In this document: positions 42,607-52,292 of the stretch, piece by piece
Layout: every line of letters starts with the position of its first letter
Numbering within the stretch: the first letter of the stretch is position 1
Source of the DNA: an uncultured Parvibaculum sp.
GTDB lineage: Bacteria; Pseudomonadota; Alphaproteobacteria; Parvibaculales; Parvibaculaceae
NCBI GenBank assembly: GCA_965140395.1
Contig: OZ223205.1
Coordinates: 144,197-208,196, forward strand
DNA length: 64,000 bases
Reading direction: 5' to 3'
The notes under the pieces: generated by a model
Told to the model about the DNA's origin: nothing
Seen by the model: the letters and a program-made list of their open reading frames with translations, nothing else
Database searches by the model: none
Translations under genes and position numbers: made by a program

Positions 42607-43890
42607 ATGGCAGCCGTCGAAACCAGCGCCGACAATGGCGCGGAGAAAAAAGACCTGTATGAAGTCGGCGAAGTGCCGCCGCTGGGTCACGTCCCCAAGA
42701 ACATGTACGCCTGGTCGATCCGGGCCGACCGCCACGGTCCGCCCGAGAGCGCCATGCAGGTCGAGGTCGTTCCCACCTGGGAAATCGACAGCAATGAAGT
42801 GCTCGTCCTCGTGATGGCGGCGGGCGTGAACTACAACGGCGTCTGGGCCGCCCTTGGCGAGCCCGTCTCCGTTTTCGGGGCGCACAAGAACGACTATCAC
42901 ATCGCAGGCTCCGACGCGGCCGGCATCGTCTGGGCCGTCGGCTCCAAGGTGAAGCGCTGGAAGGTCGGCGACGAAGTCGTCATCCATTGCAACCAGGACG
43001 ATGGCGACGACGAGGAATGCAATGGCGGCGACCCGATGTTTTCGCCCTCGCAGCGCATCTGGGGCTACGAAACGCCGGACGGCTCCTTCGCACAGTTCGC
43101 GCGCGTGCAGTCGCAGCAGCTCATGCCGCGCCCCAAGCACCTGACCTGGGAAGAAAGCGCCTGCTACACGCTGACGCTCGCCACCGCCTACCGCATGCTT
43201 TTCGGCCATCGCCCGCACGGGCTGCAGCCGGGCCAGAACGTGCTGGTCTGGGGCGCGTCGGGCGGCCTCGGCTCCTTTGCCGTGCAGCTCTGCGCGACGG
43301 CGGGCGCCCATGCGATCGGCGTCATCTCCGATCCGTCCAAGCATGATTTCGTCATGTCGATGGGCGCGAAGGGCGTCATCAACCGCAAGGACTTCAATTG
43401 CTGGGGCCAGCTGCCCAAGGTGAACTCGCCCGAATTCAACGACTTCATGAAAGAGGCGCGGAAATTCGGCAAGGCGATCTGGGACATCACCGGCAAGGGG
43501 ATCGATCCCGACATCGTGTTCGAGCATCCCGGCGAAGCGACCTTCCCGGTTTCCTGCATGGTGGCGAAACGTGGCGGCATGGTCGTCTTCTGCGCGGGCA
43601 CGACGGGCTTCAACCTGACGTTCGACGCGCGCTTCGTCTGGATGCGCCAGAAGCGCATTCAGGGCTCGCATTTCGCACATCTGAAACAGGCAAGCGCGGC
43701 GAACCAGCTCGTCATCGAGCGCCGCATCGACCCCTGCATGTCGGAAGTCTTCTCCTGGGAAGATATCCCGCGCGCCCACACCAAGATGTGGAAGAACGAG
43801 CACCTGCCCGGCAACATGGCCGTGCTGGTGACCGCCCAGCGCCCGGGCCTGCGCAGCTATGAGGATGTGCTGGAGCTTTCGGGGCAGTAA
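42607..43890 (+). CDS. ccr: crotonyl-CoA carboxylase/reductase
   Basis: KDLYEVGEVPPLGHVPKNMYAW.IR, AAGVNYNGVWAALG, GYETPDGSFAQF, VLVWGASGGLGS, NMAVLV are MDR-family features typical of Ccr. Start at ATG 42607 behind aagagg. Confidence 0.9.
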   Translation: MAAVETSADNGAEKKDLYEVGEVPPLGHVPKNMYAWSIRADRHGPPESAMQVEVVPTWEIDSNEVLVLVMAAGVNYNGVWAALGEPVSVFGAHKNDYHIAGSDAAGIVWAVGSKVKRWKVGDEVVIHCNQDDGDDEECNGGDPMFSPSQRIWGYETPDGSFAQFARVQSQQLMPRPKHLTWEESACYTLTLATAYRMLFGHRPHGLQPGQNVLVWGASGGLGSFAVQLCATAGAHAIGVISDPSKHDFVMSMGAKGVINRKDFNCWGQLPKVNSPEFNDFMKEARKFGKAIWDITGKGIDPDIVFEHPGEATFPVSCMVAKRGGMVVFCAGTTGFNLTFDARFVWMRQKRIQGSHFAHLKQASAANQLVIERRIDPCMSEVFSWEDIPRAHTKMWKNEHLPGNMAVLVTAQRPGLRSYEDVLELSGQ

Positions 43891-43910
43891 GGGGCTTTCC
43901 GCTTTCCTCC

Positions 43911-43992
43911 GTCATTGCGAGGAGTGAAACGACGAAGCAATCCAGCCCGGCGCCTGCCGCTTCTGGATTGCTTCGCTTGCGCTCGCAATGAC
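43911..43992. repeat. family-1-like element, divergent copy G (long imperfect inverted repeat GTCATTGCGAG...CTCGCAATGAC)
   Basis: The arms GTCATTGCGAG..GAAGCAATCCAG and CTGGATTGCTTC..CTCGCAATGAC share the termini GTCAT/ATGAC and the inner ATCCA/TGGAT with family 1. It sits between the convergent ccr and trkH genes. Confidence 0.75.
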
Positions 43993-44008
43993 GAAGAAGC
44001 CGCGGCCC

Positions 44009-45457
44009 CTATTGTTGCCAGTAATCCTTGGTGAACATGATGAAGACGGTGAGAAGTTCGAGCCGTCCCATCAGCATGCCCGCGCTGAGGAGCCATTTGG
44101 CGGCGTCGGGAAGCGTCGCGAAATTGCCGGACGGGCCGACGATGTCGCCGAGACCGGGACCGACATTGCCGACCGCCGTGGCCGAGGCGGAAATCGCCGT
44201 CATGAATTCGATCCCCAGCGCGCCCAGCGCCAGCGCGATGCCGAACACGGTCGCGAAATAAAGCACGATGAAAAGACCGACCGAGAAGACGATCTCGCGG
44301 TCCACCGTGCGCTCGCCATAGCGCAGCGTCTGCGCCACATGCGGATAGAGCGTCTGGCGCATCTGCGTGCGGAACAGGATGCCGAGAATCTGGAAACGGA
44401 AGATCTTGATGCCGCCCGCCGTGGAGCCCGTGCAGCCGCCGACGAATGTCAGCAGGAAGAAGAACATCACCGCGAAATGCGACCACGTGGTGTAGTCGGT
44501 CGTCGCATAGCCCGTCGTCGTGACGATCGAGACGACGTTGAAGGCCGCGTGGCGCAGCGATTCCAGAAGGTCGTAATGCCCGTCCATCCAGATGGACCGG
44601 GTGAGGATCAGAACGGCGATGACGATGAAGACAAGAAAGCCGCGCACCTGCGGGTCTTTCCACAACGCATCATGCTCGCCCCGGATCATGTGGATATAGA
44701 CGACGAGCGGCAGCGAGCCCGCGATCATGAAGACGACCGCGACCCAGCTCAGCCACGGATTTTCGAAATAGCCGAAGGACGCATCATGCGTGGAATAGCC
44801 GCCCGTGGAGAGCGTCGTCATGGCATGCGTCATCGCATCGAAGGGGGTCATCCCCCCGAACATGTAGAGCACCGCGCAGACAAGCGTCAGCAGCAGATAG
44901 ACCTCGGCGATGGCGAGCGCGATCTGGCCGGGGCGCGGCAGCACCTTTTCGGAGCGGTCGGAACTTTCGGTGCGGAAGAGCTGCATACCGCCGACGCGCA
45001 GGAAAGGCAGAATGGCCACCGCTGTGACGATGATGCCGACGCCGCCGATCCATTGCAGAAGCGCGCGCCACAGGAGGATGCCCGGCGGCATCTTGTCGAG
45101 GCCAGAAAAGACGGTCGCGCCCGTGGTGGTGACGCCCGAAATCGCCTCGAAAAAGGCGTCGGTATAGCTCACCCCGATCCGGGAAAAGACGAAAGGCAGC
45201 GCCGCGAAGGCCGACACGCCGAGCCAGCCCAGCGTCGTCATCATGAAGGTGGCGCGATAGCCGAGATCGCGGTCTTCCGTGCTGAAGGCCAGCATCAGCC
45301 CGCCGCCCGCAAAGCCGGTAATGGCGGCGGCGAGCAGGAAGGCCGTCCAGTCGTCGCGCTGCGCCACCAGATCGGCGAGCGCGGGCACCAGCATCAGCAC
45401 CGCCAGCGCGACCAGCAACGCGCCCAGAACGAGACCGACTACCTTGCCGCTATGCAT
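44009..45457 (-). CDS. trkH: TrkH family potassium uptake protein
   Basis: 482 aa with about 10-12 helices and repeated pore-loop-like motifs (TTTGAT, LSTGGYS, TTTGYAT, TGSTAGGIK). Confidence 0.9.
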   Translation of the reverse strand: MHSGKVVGLVLGALLVALAVLMLVPALADLVAQRDDWTAFLLAAAITGFAGGGLMLAFSTEDRDLGYRATFMMTTLGWLGVSAFAALPFVFSRIGVSYTDAFFEAISGVTTTGATVFSGLDKMPPGILLWRALLQWIGGVGIIVTAVAILPFLRVGGMQLFRTESSDRSEKVLPRPGQIALAIAEVYLLLTLVCAVLYMFGGMTPFDAMTHAMTTLSTGGYSTHDASFGYFENPWLSWVAVVFMIAGSLPLVVYIHMIRGEHDALWKDPQVRGFLVFIVIAVLILTRSIWMDGHYDLLESLRHAAFNVVSIVTTTGYATTDYTTWSHFAVMFFFLLTFVGGCTGSTAGGIKIFRFQILGILFRTQMRQTLYPHVAQTLRYGERTVDREIVFSVGLFIVLYFATVFGIALALGALGIEFMTAISASATAVGNVGPGLGDIVGPSGNFATLPDAAKWLLSAGMLMGRLELLTVFIMFTKDYWQQ

Positions 45458-45735
45458 GAAGTACTCTCATTAGCCGGATATCCCCCGGTCTCCTGGCATT
45501 CTTCGGGCCGGCAGGACCCCTCGTCGCAGCCGCGAAGCCGCCTCTTTCTATCCTGACCCGCCGATATGCACAAACCCCGCAAACGGCCCGAAGACCGGGT
45601 CGAGGCCAGGCCGGGGCCGGGCCGGAGAGGCAAATATGGCGCAGCGCAGCACTGGCCGCATGCCCCAAGCGCGATATATAAGGGCCTAGTTCCCTCTCAC
45701 GCATGGGGCCTTCCCTGCGGCCCAGCCGACCCGAA

Positions 45736-47421
45736 ATGAAGAGTATCGCCATGAGCCAGACCAATCCCGCCGTTCTCGACAATCTGATCGGCCTTGCCAA
45801 GGAAGCCGTCACAGCGGCCGACAAGCTGCTCGCCAAGGCCCGCGCGGGCGTGCGGGAAAAGGTCGTGGTAGACGGCAAGGTCTCCGCCGCCGCGCTGGAG
45901 CGCGAACAGTTCGCCGCTCACGGGCTTGCCTGGTTCGCGACCTATGTGGAGGCGCTGCGCCAGCTCGCCGACTATGCCGAACGCATGACGGGCGAAGGCC
46001 GCTTCGGCGAGACCGAAGCGCTGATCGTGCAGATCGCCTTCGGCGAATATCTGCACCAGCTTGCCGGCGGCATTCCAATGAGCCAGGGGGAGATCGTCCG
46101 TCCGCGCGATCTCGGCCTGACGTTTGAGGAGATCGAAGCGTTCTTCACCGAGCCGGTGCGGGAGCTGATCGCGAATGGCAATACGGCACAGATCCGCGCC
46201 CGCCTCGCCGAAATTCTGGGGACGCAGGCCGGTGCCGCCACTTTTGGCGATGCGGGCCTTGAGGAAACCTATGACGCGATCCGCGACCAGATGCGCCGCT
46301 TCGCCGACGCCGAAGTCGTTCCGTATGCGCATGAATGGCATTTGAAGGACGACTATATTCCGCTGGAAGTCGTCTCGCATATGGCCGAACTCGGCGTCTT
46401 CGGCCTGACCATCCCCGAAGAATTCGGCGGGCTGGGCCTCGGCAAGGAATCCATGTGCGTCGTCTCGGAGGAACTCTCCCGCGGCTATATCGGCGTCGGC
46501 TCGCTCGGCACACGCTCCGAAATCGCCGCCGAACTCATTCTGGGCGGCGGCACGGACGAACAGAAGAACAAATGGCTGCCCAAGATCGCGAGCGGCGAAA
46601 CGCTGCCCACCGCCGTCTTTACCGAGCCCAATACGGGCTCCGACCTGGCGAGCCTCAAGACGCGCGCCAAGCGCGAAGGTGAAACCTACAAGGTCAGCGG
46701 CAACAAAACCTGGATCACCCATGCCGCCCGCGCCGACGTGATGACGCTGCTGACGCGCACCAATGACGCGCCGGGCTATAAGGGCCTTTCGATGCTGCTC
46801 GCGGAAAAGCCGCGCGGCGACGACAACGAACCCTTCCCGGCGCAAGGCATGACGGGCGGCGAGATCGAAGTGCTCGGCTATCGCGGCATGAAGGAATTCG
46901 AGATCGGCTTCGACGATTTCGAGGTGAAGGCGGAAAACCTGCTGGGCGGCGAGGAAGGCCAGGGCTTCAAGCAGCTCATGCAGACCTTCGAAAGCGCCCG
47001 CATCCAGACGGCGGCCCGCGCGGTCGGCGTCGCGCAATGCGCGCTGGAACTCGGTCTTCGCTATGCGCAGGAACGCATCCAGTTCGGCAAGCCGATCTAT
47101 GCCTTCCCCCGCGTCTTCGGCAAGCTCGTGATGATGGCGGTGGAAATCATGGTGGCGCGCCAGATCACCTATTTCGCCGCGCGCGAAAAGGATGGCGGTC
47201 GGCGCTGCGACCTCGAAGCGGGCATGGCGAAGCTGCTTGCGGCCCGCGTCGCCTGGGCGGCGGCCGACAATGCGCTGCAGATCCATGGCGGCAACGGCTT
47301 CGCGCTGGAATATCCGGTGAGCCGCGTGCTCTGCGATGCGCGCATCCTCAACATTTTCGAGGGCGCAGCGGAAATTCAGGCGCAGGTCATCGCCCGGCGC
47401 CTGCTGGACGGCGCCAACTGA
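45736..47421 (+). CDS. mcd: acyl-CoA dehydrogenase with a ~170-aa N-terminal extension, (2S)-methylsuccinyl-CoA dehydrogenase-like
   Basis: ACAD core (FTEPNTGSDLAS, WITHA, QIHGGNGFALEYPVSR, IFEGAAEIQ) plus a long N-terminal extension, as in Mcd of the ethylmalonyl-CoA pathway. ATG 45736 or 45751. Confidence 0.7.
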   Translation: MKSIAMSQTNPAVLDNLIGLAKEAVTAADKLLAKARAGVREKVVVDGKVSAAALEREQFAAHGLAWFATYVEALRQLADYAERMTGEGRFGETEALIVQIAFGEYLHQLAGGIPMSQGEIVRPRDLGLTFEEIEAFFTEPVRELIANGNTAQIRARLAEILGTQAGAATFGDAGLEETYDAIRDQMRRFADAEVVPYAHEWHLKDDYIPLEVVSHMAELGVFGLTIPEEFGGLGLGKESMCVVSEELSRGYIGVGSLGTRSEIAAELILGGGTDEQKNKWLPKIASGETLPTAVFTEPNTGSDLASLKTRAKREGETYKVSGNKTWITHAARADVMTLLTRTNDAPGYKGLSMLLAEKPRGDDNEPFPAQGMTGGEIEVLGYRGMKEFEIGFDDFEVKAENLLGGEEGQGFKQLMQTFESARIQTAARAVGVAQCALELGLRYAQERIQFGKPIYAFPRVFGKLVMMAVEIMVARQITYFAAREKDGGRRCDLEAGMAKLLAARVAWAAADNALQIHGGNGFALEYPVSRVLCDARILNIFEGAAEIQAQVIARRLLDGAN

Positions 47422-47473
47422 CAAACGCTTCGCCGTATGAACAAACAAGAAAAGCCCGAAAGGGGGCGCTTAC

Positions 47474-47665
47474 ATGAATGAACTTTTCAGCTATCTCGGC
47501 CCGCTTGCCGTGCTGGTGGTCGTCATCGTCCTGATCGCCGGCCTCTGGAACATGCTGCGCGGCGGCTCCTCCAGCCGCTCCCAGACGCTGATGCGCTGGC
47601 GCGTGGGGCTTCAGTTCGTGGCGATCATCATCCTGATGACCGGGCTCTATTTCGCCAGCCGCTAG
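47474..47665 (+). CDS. twin-transmembrane-helix small protein (HIG1 domain)
   Basis: 63 aa with two helices separated by RGGSSSRSQTLMRWRVGLQ, the conserved HIG1-type loop. Confidence 0.75.
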   Translation: MNELFSYLGPLAVLVVVIVLIAGLWNMLRGGSSSRSQTLMRWRVGLQFVAIIILMTGLYFASR

Positions 47666-47807
47666 GATTTCCGGGATTTCCCGTCCCATCCCTGCACGCC
47701 GACCCACACATGTTGCAGTTTTGCATCGGGTGACCTGCGGCAAATCATGTAAATTGCGGCATCTTCCCGGGGTGGGAAGGCAACAAGACAAGAGGATCAT
47801 CGCAGCT

Positions 47808-48371
47808 GTGACCAAGTCTCTGAAATCGTCCATTGCCGGTGGCGTGGCCGCGGCATTGGCCCTCGGCACCATCGTCCTTCCCGCAACGACGGCGGATGCC
47901 CGCCCGCTCGGCGAAGAAATCCGCATCGGCATCATGGACCATGATACCGGCCTGATCCGCGACCGCCGCGAAACCGACAGCCCGGACATCAATGCCGAAG
48001 TGCTGTTCGCCTCGCCGGAATTCCTAGACTGGGCCTATTCGCCCCGCCCGCTGATCGGCGCGACCATCAACACCGATGGCGGCACGAGCCTTGGCTATGC
48101 GGGCCTTGGCTGGAACTTCGATCTGGGCAGCAATTTCTTTCTCGACGCGAGCTTCGGCGGCGCCATCCATAATGGCGAGACCGACAAGGTAACGAGTTCC
48201 AGCCGCGATTATGGCTGCCGCGTTCAGTTCCACGAAACCTTCTCGATCGGCTACGACCTCAGCGCCAATCACTCGCTGATGGCCACGTTCGAGCACATGT
48301 CGAATGCCGGTCTCTGCGACAAGAATGACGGCATGACCGATATCGGCATCCGCTACGGCTACCGCTTCTGA
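47808..48371 (+). CDS. acyloxyacyl hydrolase (PagL-like lipid A deacylase fold), paralog 1
   Basis: Signal peptide ...LPATTADA, beta-barrel-like alternating pattern, FEHMSNAGLC (His-x-Ser-Asn) and a C-terminal YGYRF. GTG 47808 lies behind aagagga. Confidence 0.75.
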   Translation: MTKSLKSSIAGGVAAALALGTIVLPATTADARPLGEEIRIGIMDHDTGLIRDRRETDSPDINAEVLFASPEFLDWAYSPRPLIGATINTDGGTSLGYAGLGWNFDLGSNFFLDASFGGAIHNGETDKVTSSSRDYGCRVQFHETFSIGYDLSANHSLMATFEHMSNAGLCDKNDGMTDIGIRYGYRF

Positions 48372-48398
48372 CCGTATACAGACGATTCACACGGAAAA

Positions 48399-48428
48399 GG
48401 GCTCCCCTCGCGGGAGCCCTTTTTCTTT
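48399..48428 (+). terminator. Rho-independent terminator after paralog 1
   Basis: gggctccc-ctcgc-gggagccc followed by tttttcttt. Confidence 0.8.
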
Positions 48429-48554
48429 GAACGTTTGACGACAAAACCCCAAGCAAGTCAGACATGCCTCGACGCCTTTGACATCGCATGTCCCGCAAAG
48501 GGTCATGTAGGATTCCTTGCAAACGAGCGGGCGAATCAAGAAAACAGGGCAATC

Positions 48555-49127
48555 ATGGAAACGACGACCGGATTCACGAAAACGGCGTACACATGCTGCA
48601 TGGCCGCCGCATTGACACTCGGTACAGCGACGCTTCCCGGCAACTCGGCCGATGCACGCCCCCTCGGCGGCGAGATGCGGATCGGCGTCATGGACCACGA
48701 TACCGGCCTCATCCGCAAACGCCTCGAGACGGACAGTCCCGACATCAATGCCGAAGTACTGTTCGCCTCGCCGAAAATCCTCGATTGGGCCTGGTCCCCC
48801 CGTCCGCTGGTGGGCGCCACCATCAACACCGGCGGCGGCACCAGCCTTGGCTATGCCGGTCTCGGCTGGAACTTCGATCTCGGCAACAACTTCTTCTTCG
48901 ACGCAAGCGTGGCCGGCGCCATCCACAATGGCGAGACGGACAAGGTGACGACTTCCAGCCGCGACTATGGATGCCGCCTGCAGTTCCACGAAACCGTCTC
49001 GCTCGGCTACGACGTGAACGAACACCATTCGCTCATGGCCACCTTCGAGCACATGTCGAACGCCTATCTGTGCGATTCCAATGACGGCATGAACAATATC
49101 GGTGTGCGCTACGGCTATCGCTTCTAG
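48555..49127 (+). CDS. acyloxyacyl hydrolase (PagL-like), paralog 2
   Basis: The mature region aligns residue-for-residue with paralog 1 ([21 protein letters not shown]...[10 protein letters not shown]...YGYRF). Start at ATG 48555. Confidence 0.75.
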   Translation: METTTGFTKTAYTCCMAAALTLGTATLPGNSADARPLGGEMRIGVMDHDTGLIRKRLETDSPDINAEVLFASPKILDWAWSPRPLVGATINTGGGTSLGYAGLGWNFDLGNNFFFDASVAGAIHNGETDKVTTSSRDYGCRLQFHETVSLGYDVNEHHSLMATFEHMSNAYLCDSNDGMNNIGVRYGYRF

Positions 49128-49153
49128 GCGGGACGCAAAAAGCTGGAATGGAA

Positions 49154-49183
49154 GGGGTTCCCTTGCGGGAGCCCTTTTTCTTT
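49154..49183 (+). terminator. Rho-independent terminator after paralog 2
   Basis: gggttccc-ttgc-gggagccc (one G-U pair) followed by tttttcttt. It is homologous to the terminator at 48399..48428. Confidence 0.7.
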
Positions 49184-49231
49184 CCGCCGTCGCGCCAATA
49201 TGAAAAGCTCAAGCCGAAACGGGAGGACGCC

Positions 49232-50119
49232 ATGGCAGAACAAATTTCGCCTGAGGAACATTCGAAGAAATCCGTCACGGTGCATGGCAAGACCATGCGC
49301 TATGTGGAAATGGGCGACGGCGACCCCATCGTCTTCCTTCATGGCAATCCGACATCCTCCTATCTGTGGCGCAATGTGATGCCGCATCTGAAAGGTCAGG
49401 GCCGCTGCATCGCGCCCGACCTCATCGGCATGGGCGACAGCGACAAGCTCGATAAGAGCGGGCCGGAGAGCTATCGCTTCGTGGACCACCGCAAATATCT
49501 GGACGGCATTCTGGACGCGCTCGGCGTGACGGAAAACGTCACCCTCGTCATCCATGACTGGGGCTCCGCGCTCGGCTTCGACTGGGCGAACCGCCACAGG
49601 GAGGCGATGAAAGGCATCGCCTATATGGAAGCCATCGTGCGGCCCATGCGCTGGGACGAATGGAACCCGGATGCGCGGCCCATCTTCGAGGCCTTCCGCT
49701 CGCCCGCGGGCGAGGAAATGATTCTCGACAAGAACCTCTTCATCGAGCGCGTGCTGCCGGGCTCGGTCCTGCGCGGGCTGAGCGAGGCGGAAATGGCGGT
49801 CTATCGCCGTCCCTTCGCCGAGGCCGGCGAAAGCCGACGCCCGACGCTCACCTGGCCGCGCCAGATCCCGCTCGACGGCGAACCGGCGGACGTGGCCGAC
49901 ATCGTGTCCGACTATGCGGCCTGGATGGCCGAAAACGATTTGCCCAAACTCTTCGTCAATGCCGAGCCGGGCGCCATCCTGATCGGCGCCCAGCGCGAGT
50001 TCTGCCGGGGCTGGAAAAACCAGACCGAAGTGACCGTGAAGGGCAGCCATTTCATCCAGGAAGACAGCCCGCACGAGATCGGAGAAGCGATTGCCAGTTT
50101 CGTCTCCGGGCTCCGATAG
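49232..50119 (+). CDS. haloalkane dehalogenase (HLD-II subfamily alpha/beta hydrolase)
   Basis: [30 protein letters not shown], the nucleophile elbow [11 protein letters not shown], and a C-terminal [10 protein letters not shown]. Start at ATG 49232 behind gggagga. Confidence 0.85.
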   Translation: MAEQISPEEHSKKSVTVHGKTMRYVEMGDGDPIVFLHGNPTSSYLWRNVMPHLKGQGRCIAPDLIGMGDSDKLDKSGPESYRFVDHRKYLDGILDALGVTENVTLVIHDWGSALGFDWANRHREAMKGIAYMEAIVRPMRWDEWNPDARPIFEAFRSPAGEEMILDKNLFIERVLPGSVLRGLSEAEMAVYRRPFAEAGESRRPTLTWPRQIPLDGEPADVADIVSDYAAWMAENDLPKLFVNAEPGAILIGAQREFCRGWKNQTEVTVKGSHFIQEDSPHEIGEAIASFVSGLR

Positions 50120-50202
50120 CTCAAAACAGAAATATTTTTCTTTAAAACGATAAAATATTGCTGTAAGACAGGTTCCATCGTCCTTTCCGATGGAGTCCTC
50201 CC

Positions 50203-50769
50203 ATGTCCCGCAGCAGCACCGCCACCAAACGCCGCGCCCGCATCCGGCGCGTGAGCCGCATCATGGAGTGGGTGCTGCTGGCCACCATTCTCGCCCTGCC
50301 GGTCCTCCTCGCCATCGGATGGGCGATGGTGGATAGGCCGGGCGGAGACGGCCTGCTTGCGGATTTCGTCAGCCGGGAAATCGCCGGGAGCGGACCGCTT
50401 TCAGTGCAGGATCGCGTCCTCGGCTTCCTCGCATCCCTCGTGCCGCTGTCCGTGATCCTGATTGGCCTTCGGCACCTGCGGGCTCTCTTTTCGCAGTACG
50501 GCGACGGCACGATCTTCGGGCCGGCCAATGCGCGTCATTTCCGCGGACTTGCAATCGCCCTCCTGTGTTGGGTGCCGGCGCAATTCGTCGGTGACGCACT
50601 GGCGTCCCTCGCCGTCAGCCTCGACAACGCACCCGGTCACCGTTTCATCAGCCTTGGCCTGTCGAGCAGCGACCTCGCCCTCACGCTGATCGGCGCGACC
50701 GTGCTCATACTGTCATGGGTGATGGTTGAAGCCGCCGAGATCGCCGACGACAACGCACGGATCATCTGA
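50203..50769 (+). CDS. DUF2975-like membrane protein
   Basis: 188 aa with 4 hydrophobic helices. Its stop overlaps the start of a YozG-type HTH gene, a pairing I recall as typical for DUF2975. Confidence 0.55.
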   Translation: MSRSSTATKRRARIRRVSRIMEWVLLATILALPVLLAIGWAMVDRPGGDGLLADFVSREIAGSGPLSVQDRVLGFLASLVPLSVILIGLRHLRALFSQYGDGTIFGPANARHFRGLAIALLCWVPAQFVGDALASLAVSLDNAPGHRFISLGLSSSDLALTLIGATVLILSWVMVEAAEIADDNARII

Positions 50770-50990
50770 TGCCCATAACAGTTACGCTGGATGTGATGCT
50801 CGCGCGCCGGAAGATGAAGAGCCGAGAGCTCGCGGAATCCGTGGGGATCACCGAAGCGAACCTCTCGCTCCTCAAGTCCGGACGGGTCAAGGGCGTGCGG
50901 TTTTCCACGCTTGAGGCGATCTGCCGGGCGCTCGACTGCCAGCCCGGCGACCTGCTCGCCTACGAACCGGACAGCGGTTCGGACAAATAA
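50769..50990 (+). CDS. Cro/C1-type HTH transcriptional regulator (YozG-like)
   Basis: ITVTLDVMLARRKMKSRELAESVGITEANLSLLKSGRVKGVRFSTLEAICRALDCQPGDLL. 73 aa. Confidence 0.8.
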   Translation: MPITVTLDVMLARRKMKSRELAESVGITEANLSLLKSGRVKGVRFSTLEAICRALDCQPGDLLAYEPDSGSDK

Positions 50991-51020
50991 AAAAAACGGC
51001 ATTGCCCGCCGTCGATGCAG

Positions 51021-52292
51021 CTAGCGCATTCGTAGCGCCCTGCTCTCCTCGTCCCATCGCCAGACCGGCGCGCCGGGCAGAAGCTGCACACCACCCACCC
51101 AGCGTTCGGGCGGCGACAGAGACATATAGTCGAGCCGCCCGTCGAGACAGGCGCGGCCCGCCTCGGTGAGGGAGACCTCACGCTTCGGCCAGTCGTCGCC
51201 GGGCGCGATCTCCAGCAGCGGGGCGGCGCATCGCGTCATCTCCCGAAGGATATGCCAGTACATGAGATCGCCCAGCCAGGGCAGCGGCTCATAGTCTCGC
51301 ATCAGCGCCGCGAAAATGCGTCCCGCCGTGAGCGTGCCCCGGTCATGGAGAATGCGCAGAATCAGCCGCTGGGTAAGGGACAGACCGTCCTCCATACCCG
51401 GCAGCTCCTGCACATGCCGATTAAGCGCCGCCTCCATGAAAGGAAGCGGCAGCGCTCCGTTTTCCGCAATGGTCCAGAGATCGGTCGGATCGCCTGCCCG
51501 CAAGGCCGCCCAGATGCGCGCGCCCAGCGCCAGTTGCGCCTCCGTTACGGCGGTACGCGACGACCAGAGCATATGCAGCGCCTCGGGCGGCAACTGCCCG
51601 ATCCCGATGAAACGCTCGGCGCCGGGAAAGCTGTCCGTGGAGACAAGCTCGATCCGTGGCCGCCCCCGCATGTCGCTAAAGGCGGCGAGCACGCGCGCCA
51701 GGATAAGCTGGTCGTAGCTGTCATGCTCGAACCAGAGGACGACGCGCTCATAATCGGCCGCCTGCGCCAGCCCCTCCTCTTCCGCCATCAGCCCGGCGCG
51801 AATATCGCCCTCCGAGCGGCCCATCTCGCCGCCATAGGCCTCGGCCAGAAAATCGGCGCGCCGCGCCAGCCAGTCGGCATCCGGCGTCACCGGGCCCTGA
51901 CAGAAGGGATTGGAATATTCCAGGAAGCGCCCTTCGAAACCGGCAAGCGTCAACGCCTCGCCGATATCGCTGCCGCAGCGGATGTGAAGCGTGCGCCTAT
52001 CCGCGTCTGAAATGTTTCCGCCGCGAATGAGCCGGGTGGACGCATCGAGCGCCTCGATATGCGTCTTGAGTTTCGGCCAGCTCGGCAGGCCGAGTTCGCG
52101 GGCGATCACGAATTGCGCATCGGCGAGTTTCAGAGGCGCGGAAAGATGGTCCCGCCACACATGCACGCGCGACAAGGCATCTGCATTATCTGCATTGAAA
52201 GCGCGCTGCAGCTCGCGGGCGCGCTTCTTCTGCTGGTCGAGATTGAGTCGGAAAGGATTGGCCGCAAAGGCGGCGGTGTCTGAATCGGTCAT
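51021..52292 (-). CDS. DUF1835/DUF3658-like protein with an N-terminal helical module
   Basis: N-terminal ...LADAQFVIARELGLPSWPKLKTHIEAL, then LHIRCGSDIGEALTLAGF, which I associate with DUF1835. 423 aa. The assignment is from memory of the motif only. Confidence 0.5.
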   Translation of the reverse strand: MTDSDTAAFAANPFRLNLDQQKKRARELQRAFNADNADALSRVHVWRDHLSAPLKLADAQFVIARELGLPSWPKLKTHIEALDASTRLIRGGNISDADRRTLHIRCGSDIGEALTLAGFEGRFLEYSNPFCQGPVTPDADWLARRADFLAEAYGGEMGRSEGDIRAGLMAEEEGLAQAADYERVVLWFEHDSYDQLILARVLAAFSDMRGRPRIELVSTDSFPGAERFIGIGQLPPEALHMLWSSRTAVTEAQLALGARIWAALRAGDPTDLWTIAENGALPLPFMEAALNRHVQELPGMEDGLSLTQRLILRILHDRGTLTAGRIFAALMRDYEPLPWLGDLMYWHILREMTRCAAPLLEIAPGDDWPKREVSLTEAGRACLDGRLDYMSLSPPERWVGGVQLLPGAPVWRWDEESRALRMR

